Source: Armatimonadota bacterium (lineage in GTDB: Bacteria > Armatimonadota > HRBIN16). From it: a stretch of DNA of 35,599 nt. Below are positions 15,692 through 23,345 of the stretch, one piece after another (the stretch's first letter is position 1; each line of letters begins with the position of its first letter). The notes under the pieces were generated by a model, which was not told the origin of the DNA, made no database searches, and saw only the letters and a list, made by a program, of their open reading frames with translations. The position numbers and the translations under genes are program-made. Location: the NCBI GenBank assembly GCA_028275265.1, contig JAPWUZ010000001.1, positions 1 through 35,599 of the forward strand, written 5' to 3'.

Positions 15692-17179
15692 TCAGGCCGC
15701 TTCTGAACTGGCTTTGCGCTGTTCCAGCGCGCGCAGGTACAGGTCGACATATTCTCCCGCAGCGCGGTTCCACGAGTAATCCGAGCGCAGAGCAGTGTCC
15801 ACCAGCTTGCGCCACACCTCGGGCTGCTGATATGCCCTCAGCGCACGCTTGATAGCCTTCAGCAGCTCCGCCGGGTCGTACTGCTCGAAGACGAAACCGT
15901 TGCCTTTGCCCGTACGCGGCGAGAAGTCGGTAATGGTATCCGCCAGACCGCCTGTCTTGCGCACGATGGGGATGGTTCCGTAGCGCAACGCCATCAGCTG
16001 CCCCAGTCCACACGGCTCGAAGCGCGAGGGCATCAGGAACATATCGCTGCCCGCGTAGATGCGCTGCGCCAGGTCGGGGTCAAAGCCGATAAAAGCGCGC
16101 ATCTGCTCGGGATGCTCCTTTGCCAGCTGCTTGAACAGCTCCTCGTAGCGCGGGTCGCCAGTGCCAAGCACCACGAACTGGAAGCCCAGCTTCAGTATCT
16201 GTTTTGCAATAGGGGCGATGAGGTCCAGCCCTTTCTGGTCTGCCAGGCGGGTAATCATGCCGATGATGGGAGTATTCGGGTTGACGGTAAACCCGCACTC
16301 TTTCTGCAAAGCCTCTTTGCATTTCGCCTTGCCGGATGGGTCATCCGCGCTATAGTGGGCGGGGATGCGCGGGTCGGTGGCGGGGTTGTACTCCTCGTAG
16401 TCGATGCCGTTGACGATGCCCTCCAGCCTTCCCTGTGAGGCGATGTACTGCAGTAGCCCTTCCATCCGGCAACCGTACTCGGGCGTCTGTATCTCTTTGG
16501 CGTAGGTTTTGCTGACGGTGTTCACCATGTCGGAGTACACGATGCCGCCCTTGAGGAAGTTCACCTTCCCGTAGAACTCCAGCCGCTCGTAATGGAACAG
16601 CCATTCGGGCAAGCCTGCCTTCCACAGGAGCTCGTAGCCGAACTCGCCCTGATACGCTAGATTGTGGATGGTGAAGACCAGCCCTACCTGCTGCCATTCC
16701 GGCTGGTGCGCATGGAGTATGCGGATGTACACCGGCACGAACCCCGTATGCCAGTCATTGGCGTGGATAATATCGGGTATCCAGTCCAGCTCTTGCAGCA
16801 TCAGCGGAATGGCGCGGTCAAAGAAGACGTAGGGTTCTGGTTCGAGGGCATAAATCTTTTTCGACTCGGTGGCTTCGGTAAAATAGTGTTTGTGCCCGAT
16901 GAGGTAGACAGGGGTACCGTCTTTCAATCTGGTGCGTCGGATAATCGCCTCTTCGGTGGTCACGGGATTGATGGGCACAGGCATGCTTTTGACCACCGTG
17001 CGTACCGGATAGTCGGGGTTCTTTTCGATCATCCGGTAGCAGGGCATAGCGACACGCACATCGTGCCCGAGCGCACGCAGTGCTTTGGGCAACGCGCCCG
17101 CCACATCTGCCAGCCCGCCGACCTTTGCCAGCGGGGCAACCTCTGCGGAAACAATCAACACTTTCAAGCTACGACCCAT
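15692..17179 (-). CDS. glgA: Glycogen (starch) synthase GlgA, GT5 family
   Basis: 'LKVLIVSAEVAPLAKVGGLADVAGALPKAL' KVGGL motif and 'MPSRFEPCGLGQLMALRYGTIPIVRKTGGLADT'. Strong RBS AGAGGAGGA 7 nt upstream of the ATG. Confidence 0.93.
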   Translation of the reverse strand: MGRSLKVLIVSAEVAPLAKVGGLADVAGALPKALRALGHDVRVAMPCYRMIEKNPDYPVRTVVKSMPVPINPVTTEEAIIRRTRLKDGTPVYLIGHKHYFTEATESKKIYALEPEPYVFFDRAIPLMLQELDWIPDIIHANDWHTGFVPVYIRILHAHQPEWQQVGLVFTIHNLAYQGEFGYELLWKAGLPEWLFHYERLEFYGKVNFLKGGIVYSDMVNTVSKTYAKEIQTPEYGCRMEGLLQYIASQGRLEGIVNGIDYEEYNPATDPRIPAHYSADDPSGKAKCKEALQKECGFTVNPNTPIIGMITRLADQKGLDLIAPIAKQILKLGFQFVVLGTGDPRYEELFKQLAKEHPEQMRAFIGFDPDLAQRIYAGSDMFLMPSRFEPCGLGQLMALRYGTIPIVRKTGGLADTITDFSPRTGKGNGFVFEQYDPAELLKAIKRALRAYQQPEVWRKLVDTALRSDYSWNRAAGEYVDLYLRALEQRKASSEAA

Positions 17180-18120
17180 GTGTGTTCCTCCTCTTTCGGT
17201 ATGGGCAGCAGAGCAGGTGGACGCAGGTGGTCCGACAGGCGTGCCAGAAAGGCATGGAGCCCTTTGCCCACTCCAGGATGCGGCATGATTCGAGACCGCA
17301 CTTCTACCGCCAGAGCAGATAATCCTTTAGCCGCCGCGCTGTCGGGCGAGGAAAGCCAGAAACAGGCGCTTTGCTCTGCTGCTGCACTGACACTGTTATC
17401 TTCCACAATGCTCCCCAGCAGCCGCACCCTGTTACCAAACTGCGCGGAGAGCAGCTGCTCGACCTGTCCTCCTATCCTCTGCGCCTGAGCAGATGAGACG
17501 CACCGGTTCATCACCCAGCCAACCTGCAGGTCTGCGCGCTGCAGAAGCAACCGCTTCACCAGACTATACGTGCGCAACAGACTATCGCGTTGCGGGAGGG
17601 CTATCGCCAGCACCATATCGGAGGACAGGGCGTAGGCGAGGGTATCGGTGGATTCGGGATTGCCCGTGTCGATGATGACCACATCCGCCAGCACTTCCAG
17701 GCTACGCAGGCGTTCGATGATGTCGCGCTGCCCCTGTGCGGAGAGGCGTTTGAGAGCAAGGATGCGTGTTGCGCCGGGCAACACGCGGATACCAGCCGCG
17801 CCGGCGGTCAGTATCTCCGGCAGGTCGCGACGGTCGGCGAACAGGTCTTCGAGGGAATAGCGTGGTTCCGTCCCCAGCAGACGGCTGCAGGTCAGCGCGC
17901 CCACATTGCCGTCCAGAAGGACAACGTGGCGTCCTGTCTGTCCCAGCAAGGCAGAAAGGTTGGTGGCAATGGTGGTTTTGCCGGACTCCGGCGTGCCGCT
18001 GACCACGCTAATCACCCACGTGCCCATGCGCAATCCGGGCGTGATACCCAGCACGCCCTCCGCCGGTTGTTGTGAAATCAGCCTTCGAAGCCCCAGAGCC
18101 TGGTCATGGACAACAGCCAC
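17164..18120 (-). CDS. flhG: FlhG (YlxH/FleN/MinD-like) flagellar number regulator with an atypical P-loop
   Basis: N-terminal 'DQALGLR' matches the DQAxxLR FlhF-activator motif. MinD/ParA-like architecture. The P-loop reads 'SGTPESGKTT'. I chose the GTG at 18120, with GGGAGG 5 nt upstream. Confidence 0.7.
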   Translation of the reverse strand: MAVVHDQALGLRRLISQQPAEGVLGITPGLRMGTWVISVVSGTPESGKTTIATNLSALLGQTGRHVVLLDGNVGALTCSRLLGTEPRYSLEDLFADRRDLPEILTAGAAGIRVLPGATRILALKRLSAQGQRDIIERLRSLEVLADVVIIDTGNPESTDTLAYALSSDMVLAIALPQRDSLLRTYSLVKRLLLQRADLQVGWVMNRCVSSAQAQRIGGQVEQLLSAQFGNRVRLLGSIVEDNSVSAAAEQSACFWLSSPDSAAAKGLSALAVEVRSRIMPHPGVGKGLHAFLARLSDHLRPPALLPIPKEEEHTWVVA

Positions 18121-18155
18121 CGGACACCTCCCGAGACATGGTCTCACCTGTGAAA

Positions 18156-18184
18156 ATTATCGGGAGGAGCCAGCAATTTGTGCA
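18156..18184 (-). promoter_or_regulatory. Weak candidate sigma-70-type promoter for flhG (TGCACA-N17-GATAAT on the minus strand)
   Basis: Read by eye from the reverse complement. 4/6 and 5/6 matches to consensus. Confidence 0.2.
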
Positions 18185-18221
18185 GGGGGACATACCCGCA
18201 GGACGAGATCCCCAAAGGTCG

Positions 18222-18892
18222 TTATCGGTCCTCGGAACCCGGCTTGCGCACGACCACGACGTTGTTTATCCATTCCTCGAGAGGGTCCACGCCCTCACGA
18301 TTGGGGTTTTCATTATCTATTGCCCAGCGCATCGGGTTAGTTACGATGTATTCGCGGATGCGGTTGAGGGATTTCTCATCCCGTATGATGTGTTCGTAAT
18401 AATTGCGTTGCCACAGCCGACCACGAAACGGTTCCCATCCCAGCTGTTTCACACCATCCGCGTATCTTTTGGTCGTCATCGTTTTGAAACGATGCACCAC
18501 ATCCGGCAATGCCAACGTAGGGGCAACCCCCTGTGGTTGCCCCGTTCCCTGTGGTTGTTGATGGGGGCAGACACGGGGGTCTGCCCCTACGGGTGGTTGC
18601 GCAGGGCAGGCACGGGGGCCTGCCCTACGAGGATGATGATACCGTGCATGTGGTTGGGCATTACAATGAATGCGTCGGTTTGCACACCCGGATAGAACGA
18701 CGGCAAATCGTTCCAGATGTCGTGTACCATCTGTCCTGCCTCATTCAGCCGCATCTCGCCACCGATGACCTCCCCAAACAGGCAGGCACGGTCTTGGGTG
18801 CAAACGGTGACAAAGTATGCCCCTGCCTGATGGTAATCGTAGCCTTTTAGGCGAATGCTCCGCCGGTGGCGCCGTTCAGGGTCGAATGGCAT
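18222..18892 (-). pseudogene. RAYT-type / IS200-like Y1 (HUH) transposase split into two frames. It is a pseudogene, or an assembly frameshift.
   Basis: N-terminal half (18587-18892) carries the HUH motif 'VMPNHMHGIIILV' and ends at TAG 18587-18589. C-terminal half (18222-18515, other frame) carries 'VVHRFKTMTTKRY' and the Tyr motif 'WQRNYYEHIIRDEKSLNRIREYIVTNP'. No terminal IS structure was seen. Confidence 0.65.
18520..18625. repeat. Cluster of three GC-rich hairpins plus an 11-nt direct repeat inside the RAYT linker
   Basis: H1 18520-18543: GGGGCAACC/GGTTGCCCC. H2 18564-18587: GGGGCAGAC/GTCTGCCCC. H3 18604-18625: GGGCAGGC/GCCTGCCC. H2 and H3 share the loop 'acgggg' and lie 40 nt apart. 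'ccctgtggttg' occurs at both 18529 and 18547. Confidence 0.7.
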
Positions 18893-18914
18893 GGTATCTG
18901 CCTCGATCACTGTC

Positions 18915-19916
18915 TCAACGATACCAGGCGTTGTCATGCGCTATCTGGTAGGCGAACTCCACCTCTTCCAGCGGCGTGCCCGGTTGCACCATGTGCGATG
19001 TGCAGAAGATGTAACCGCCGCCGGGTTTCAGGGCACGCATCACACGTCGAATCTCGTCCGCCAGCTGCTCGCGCGGCAGACCCCGCCCCAGCATAGTGCG
19101 CACGTCCAGCCCGCCGTAAATGCCCAGCCTGCCGTAATAGGCGTGCTTCACCTCGGCGGGGTTCATGCCCGCCGATTCCTGCACCGGGTGCACCACCCGA
19201 AAACCCAGCTCCGCCACGCCGTCCAGCACAGGGGTGATGTAGCCGTCGCTGTGCAGGGACAGCAGACCGCCTTTGCGCTTGACCGCGTCGCAGATGACCT
19301 TCTCCGCAGGATAGACCAGCTCCCACCACGTTTGCGGGCGGAACATCAGCGCGTGGTTCATGCCCCAGTCGTCGGAGATGTGTATCACGTCCGCGCCCAG
19401 GTCGAGGCAGTTCTCGGCGTAGCGGGCAGCCCACCGTGCGATGCGCTCGTACAGCTGCTGGCACAGCTCGGGACGCATTGCCATCTCCACCAGGTTCTGC
19501 TCCTGCCCGATGACACCGTTCGCCGCTTCGAACACACCGGGCGTCTGCACGAAGACGGCGCGCCCTCGCCGCCCTTTGTGATGCTCGATCTCGGCGCGGA
19601 TGGTGGTGTAGATGTCGGGGTCGTCCGGGTCGGTGAACTCCGCCTCCAGCGCCGCGTCCAGCGTGTACACCCAGCCGTAGGCGGGTTCATATTCGGAATC
19701 GGGGCTGTTGGGCGACGCTCCCTGCTTCAGGAAGCCTTTGGCGGGGAACGCCTGCGTCATGTCCACGTCCAGCGCGTCGCAGAAAGCCTCAAACGTGCCG
19801 TACTTCGCCACGATATCGTCTATCACACCCGGCTGCCCGAAAATCCAGATGTAAATGGGCACGCGGTCGGGTTCCTGAAAGTTCAACGCGGTCAGAACGC
19901 GCTCACGAGGAAGCAT
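18915..19916 (-). CDS. Uroporphyrinogen decarboxylase (URO-D) fold protein, MtaA/CmuA-like methyltransferase family
   Basis: 'RERVLTALNFQEPDRVPI' N-terminus, 'DWGMNHALMFRP', 'SLHSDGY' and 'GGYIFCTSHMV' fit the URO-D/MT2 fold pattern. I chose ATG 19916 (GAGGTG 7 nt upstream), 10 nt after the upstream stop. Confidence 0.75.
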   Translation of the reverse strand: MLPRERVLTALNFQEPDRVPIYIWIFGQPGVIDDIVAKYGTFEAFCDALDVDMTQAFPAKGFLKQGASPNSPDSEYEPAYGWVYTLDAALEAEFTDPDDPDIYTTIRAEIEHHKGRRGRAVFVQTPGVFEAANGVIGQEQNLVEMAMRPELCQQLYERIARWAARYAENCLDLGADVIHISDDWGMNHALMFRPQTWWELVYPAEKVICDAVKRKGGLLSLHSDGYITPVLDGVAELGFRVVHPVQESAGMNPAEVKHAYYGRLGIYGGLDVRTMLGRGLPREQLADEIRRVMRALKPGGGYIFCTSHMVQPGTPLEEVEFAYQIAHDNAWYR

Positions 19917-19926
19917 CTTCTTCACC

Positions 19927-21804
19927 TCAGTCCAGTGTCTCGACAAAGCCCAAATGTTCTATGTACTGCTCTTCATACTGCGGGTTGCCGGTCATCACGA
20001 TATGCTTCATCTGCCGCGCCAGCCACTCTGCCCGTTTGCGCTCGCGCACGGAACGGAGGGCGATTTTCGCCCCTGCGCCCGCCGCGTTACCGACCGGCTC
20101 GATACATTGCAGTGGAAGCGGCGGCAACAGACCGATGCGCTGCGCGGAACGCAGGTTGACATACATGCCGAATGCTCCCGCCACCAGCAAGCGGCGCACG
20201 TCCAGCCAGGTAATGCCCGCCTCTTGCAAAAGCACCTCCATCACCGCACGGATGGAACCCTTCGCCAGCTGCAGCTCGCGGACGTCTTTCTGGGTCAATA
20301 CAATGCCCTCCGCATTGCCTGCTGCCTCCGGTGCAACCAGCTGGAACGCTTTTTGCTCACACAATGTCGTCAGATGCGCTTCCCACCATTCGCCGTTATC
20401 GTTGTTGCTCATGCGCCCTGCTTCATTGACTGCCCCGATGTCCAGCAGGCACGCCGCAGCGTCGATGAGACCCGAGCCGCAGATACCTTTGGGAGGCGCT
20501 CCAGCGACGGTGGTAACATGCAGCCAGCGGTTTTCGCCGTTGCTCTCCACGCTTATCTGCGAAACCGCTCCCGCTTCGGCGCGGATGCCTTGATAGATGC
20601 GTCCGCCTTCGAAGGCGGGGCCCGCCGCTGCGGAGGTGCAGTAATATTTGCCCTGATGCCGCAGCACCACTTCGCCGTTGGTACCGATGTCCAGCGCGAG
20701 CACTGTCTCGCCTTCAGGGTCAAACAGGTGCGTGAGCGCAACCGCCACCGTATCTGCCCCGACGTAGCCCGCCACACACGGCAGAGTGGTCAGCATCGCC
20801 GCAGGGTTCACCCGCAAGCCAATCTGCCGCACCTCCACGCTCAGCAGGTCGGTAAACACGGGCACGTAAGGCGCGACGGCGATGGAGTTGGTGTTGACGC
20901 CTAGCAGAAAGTGCAGCATGGTGGTATTCCCCACCGCCACCACCTCAAACACGTCGTGCGGGTCTACCCCTGCGGTCTGGCACGCCTCGGCGATAATCTC
21001 GTTCATCCCGCGCACGACGGCGTGCTGCAGCTGCTTCAATCCCGCCGGGTCATGGTAGACGAAGGACAGGCGTGATACCACATCGTCGCCGTACTGCACC
21101 TGTGGGTTCAGGCGGGCGGCGTAAGCCAGCTCCTTCCCGCTCTGCAGGTCTATCAGGTAGCCCACCAGCGTGGTGGTTCCGATATCGAAGGCGATGCCCA
21201 GCAAAGGATGGGTGTCATCGGGTTGCACTGCCAGCAGGCGGTTCGCGGCGGGATGTTCGGGGTCACAGAACAGCACCGCATGGACGCGGAAGCCGGCATC
21301 GCGCAGCACTTGCGGTAACTGCCGTAACACGCCCAACGGCACCTGCTCTACTGCCAGCGCAATGCCATGCTGTTCTCGAAGGGCGTCCAGCAGGCGACGC
21401 AGGTCGGAGCGTTCATCGGAGGTACTCGGTGCAGGCACGTGCAGCGGCAAACGGCGTACGGCAGGCTCCAGGGATACGGGGCGTTCTACAGCGGTGGTTA
21501 ACACCTGAGCGATAGCAGGTCGGCTCTCGGCGGGCACTTCCAGCTGGATGTCGCCCATCACCCGATGTCGGCAGGCTAACCGCCAGCCTTCGGCGAGCTC
21601 CTGCGCAGGCACGTGACGGTACTCTTCTTGTGTAGGCTCCGGAACCGCTCCACCGGTGAAGCGCACTTTGCATTTTCCACACACGCCGAACCCGCCGCAC
21701 GGGGTCTCTACGGCAACCCCTGCCTCCCAGAGCGCGCGCACGAGCGGCGTCCCTTCTGGCAGATCTTTCGTTATCTCATCAGGCAGGATGAACACACGAG
21801 CCAT
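19927..21804 (-). CDS. RACo-like protein: N-terminal plant-type 2Fe-2S ferredoxin domain plus ASKHA ATPase (DUF4445, reductive activator of corrinoid enzymes family)
   Basis: 'ETPCGGFGVCGKCKV...LACRH' Cys cluster. ASKHA motifs 'LGIAFDIGTTTLVGYL', 'LALDIGTNGEVVL' and 'KGICGSGLIDA'. Confidence 0.85.
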   Translation of the reverse strand: MARVFILPDEITKDLPEGTPLVRALWEAGVAVETPCGGFGVCGKCKVRFTGGAVPEPTQEEYRHVPAQELAEGWRLACRHRVMGDIQLEVPAESRPAIAQVLTTAVERPVSLEPAVRRLPLHVPAPSTSDERSDLRRLLDALREQHGIALAVEQVPLGVLRQLPQVLRDAGFRVHAVLFCDPEHPAANRLLAVQPDDTHPLLGIAFDIGTTTLVGYLIDLQSGKELAYAARLNPQVQYGDDVVSRLSFVYHDPAGLKQLQHAVVRGMNEIIAEACQTAGVDPHDVFEVVAVGNTTMLHFLLGVNTNSIAVAPYVPVFTDLLSVEVRQIGLRVNPAAMLTTLPCVAGYVGADTVAVALTHLFDPEGETVLALDIGTNGEVVLRHQGKYYCTSAAAGPAFEGGRIYQGIRAEAGAVSQISVESNGENRWLHVTTVAGAPPKGICGSGLIDAAACLLDIGAVNEAGRMSNNDNGEWWEAHLTTLCEQKAFQLVAPEAAGNAEGIVLTQKDVRELQLAKGSIRAVMEVLLQEAGITWLDVRRLLVAGAFGMYVNLRSAQRIGLLPPLPLQCIEPVGNAAGAGAKIALRSVRERKRAEWLARQMKHIVMTGNPQYEEQYIEHLGFVETLD

Positions 21805-21940
21805 GCGTAAACGGGTCCTTTCTCTGCTAATCTGCAGTAAAGGTTATGGGAACAGCGCAGGAAATCCTGTTAGGACTTACGCAGTTGCGATGGGCACCTG
21901 ACGGGCCATGCATTTTTCAACCACTGTGGAGACGATTGTA

Positions 21941-22051
21941 TGTCATGCCGAAGGTCAGCGAAGCATCTCATCCCTGTCACCTTGAGCGTTAGCGAAGGGG
22001 CTGAGATTCTTCACTTCGTTCAGAATGACAATGTATTCGCTCAGAGTGACA
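21941..22051. repeat. Composite palindromic repeat of four related ~20-nt units (two direct, two inverted) in a lower-GC 397-nt intergenic region
   Basis: Unit A tgtcatgccgaaggtcagcgaagc (21941). Unit B tgtcaccttgagcgttagcgaagg (21975). Unit C (inverted) cttcacttcgttcagaatgaca (22009-22030). Unit D (inverted) ttcgctcagagtgaca (22036-22051). It resembles the widespread 'GTCATCCTGAGCG..AGCGAAGG / ..CGCTCAGGATGAC' intergenic element class. Confidence 0.45.
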
Positions 22052-22138
22052 TATTATGTCGCTTGCCGTCGCAAAACCCCGAACGGTCTTTCAACTGCGT
22101 AATTGCTAAACAGATTCTACCCGTCCCGCCTACTCTCC

Positions 22139-22168
22139 TTGTGCCTGATGGGGCATTTCTGGTATACT
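22139..22168 (+). promoter_or_regulatory. Candidate promoter for the LolA-like/TlpA gene: TTGTGC-N18-(TGG)TATACT
   Basis: An extended -10-like 'tggtatact' ends 33 nt upstream of ATG 22202, which has a strong GAGGAGGCGGAGGGG RBS. Confidence 0.3.
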
Positions 22169-22201
22169 GCGGCAAAGAGCATTCGTGAGGAGGCGGAGGG
22201 G

Positions 22202-23335
22202 ATGAAACGGTTCTTTATAATCGCCTGTATCTTGGGGCTGGCAGGTGCAGCGTTTGCGCAGTCCACAACCCCCAAGCAGGTGATGCAGAACATCCAGCAG
22301 GCGTACGGCAAGGTGCAGAGCTTGAAAGCGACCCTGCAGATTAAAATGGGCGAGACGTTCGTCAGCTCGGTGCAGTTCCAGCGACCGAAGCTGTTCATGG
22401 TGCGGGTTAGCCAGAACGGCAAGACGGTCTACTCCTTCACCAGCGACGGCAAAACCTTCACGACCTACGACGCCCAGAAAAACAGTTATCAGCAGCAAGA
22501 GGTCAGCGCAGACAGCCCTCTGGTGGGTGGGCATCTGCAGTTTGCCGGATTCGCCGCGATGGCGATGGAGCCGCAGTACGGCAAGATGCTGGAGGGGTTC
22601 TTCCAGCAGAGCTTTGACAAGGCGCAGGCGAAGGGCAAACAGAAGGTCGGCAACACCCCCTGCCGTGTGGTGGAATTGACGGGCAAAGGCGGCACGATGA
22701 CCCTGTATCTGGGCGAAAAAGATGGGCTGGTGTACCGCATGGTGTACAAGATGCCCGACGGCGATATCTACGAGGAGACGGTCACCGCGCTGCAGCTGAA
22801 CCCCACAATCCAGAAGAGTGTCTTTGCGTTCAACCCTCCGGCTGGCGCCAAGAAAGCGGAACCCGCTAAGGAAGATGAGACGGCAAGAGACGACACCAAC
22901 TCCCTGAAAGGCGCAGAGGCTCCTAACTTCACTCTGATCGATATGGAAGGCAACGAGGTCTCGCTGAACAGCCTGCGAGGCAAAGTGGTGTTCCTGGACT
23001 TCTGGGCGACGTGGTGCCCACCCTGCCGCAATTCGCTGCCGCACACCCAGGCGCTGAGCCAGCACGAGAAGACGAAGTCGGGTGACCTGGTGGTGCTGGC
23101 GGTGAACGCCCGCGAAGACGTGGACAAAGTGAAGAAGTTCATGCAGGACAACAACTACAGCTTCCGTGTGCTGCTGGACAAAGACGGCAAGGTGCTGGAC
23201 AGCTTCAAGGTACGCGGTATCCCCACCTTCGTGTTGATCGACCGCGAGGGCAAAGTGGCGTGGGTGCAGGTCGGCTTTATGCCCGGCTCGGAGAAGGCGA
23301 TGGAGGAGGCGGTTACCCAGGCACTGGGGCAATAA
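22202..23335 (+). CDS. Secreted fusion protein: LolA-like / lipoprotein-sorting-fold N-terminal domain plus TlpA/ResA-like thioredoxin domain
   Basis: Signal peptide 'MKRFFIIACILGLAGAAFAQ'. N-terminal half with a LolA/DUF-type beta pattern ('VQSLKATLQIKMGE...FMVRVSQNGKTVYSFTSDGKTFTTYD'). C-terminal 'VVFLDFWATWCPPCRNSLPH...VRGIPTFVLIDREGKV' with a CPPC active site. Confidence 0.75.
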   Translation: MKRFFIIACILGLAGAAFAQSTTPKQVMQNIQQAYGKVQSLKATLQIKMGETFVSSVQFQRPKLFMVRVSQNGKTVYSFTSDGKTFTTYDAQKNSYQQQEVSADSPLVGGHLQFAGFAAMAMEPQYGKMLEGFFQQSFDKAQAKGKQKVGNTPCRVVELTGKGGTMTLYLGEKDGLVYRMVYKMPDGDIYEETVTALQLNPTIQKSVFAFNPPAGAKKAEPAKEDETARDDTNSLKGAEAPNFTLIDMEGNEVSLNSLRGKVVFLDFWATWCPPCRNSLPHTQALSQHEKTKSGDLVVLAVNAREDVDKVKKFMQDNNYSFRVLLDKDGKVLDSFKVRGIPTFVLIDREGKVAWVQVGFMPGSEKAMEEAVTQALGQ

Positions 23336-23345
23336 GCACGTGGAG

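Noticed and set aside
18564-18625. Idea that a simple 40-nt tandem duplication (H2/H3) explains the RAYT frameshift
   Set aside because: By my count, deleting one 40-nt unit leaves the two halves still out of frame. Restoring the frame needs a net change of 2 mod 3 deleted, or 1 nt inserted. The cause is therefore a different indel or a sequencing error, and the general observation is kept as a finding.
18855-20159. 434-aa plus-strand ORF overlapping the URO-D-fold and RACo-like genes
   Set aside because: It is the antisense frame of two well-supported minus-strand genes, with R/H/V/Q-rich composition and no recognisable domain.
21940-22188. 82-aa ORF in the 397-nt intergenic gap
   Set aside because: It reads straight through the palindromic repeat units ('VTLSVSEGAEILHFVQNDN'), a known source of spurious hypothetical proteins. 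It has no RBS.
21805-22201. Possible cobalamin riboswitch upstream of the RACo-like / URO-D-fold operon
   Set aside because: I looked on the minus strand for a B12-box-like element and the conserved GCCACUG core and did not find them. The only 'ccactg' (21921) is on the wrong strand. A covariance-model scan (the Rfam cobalamin model) would be the decisive test.
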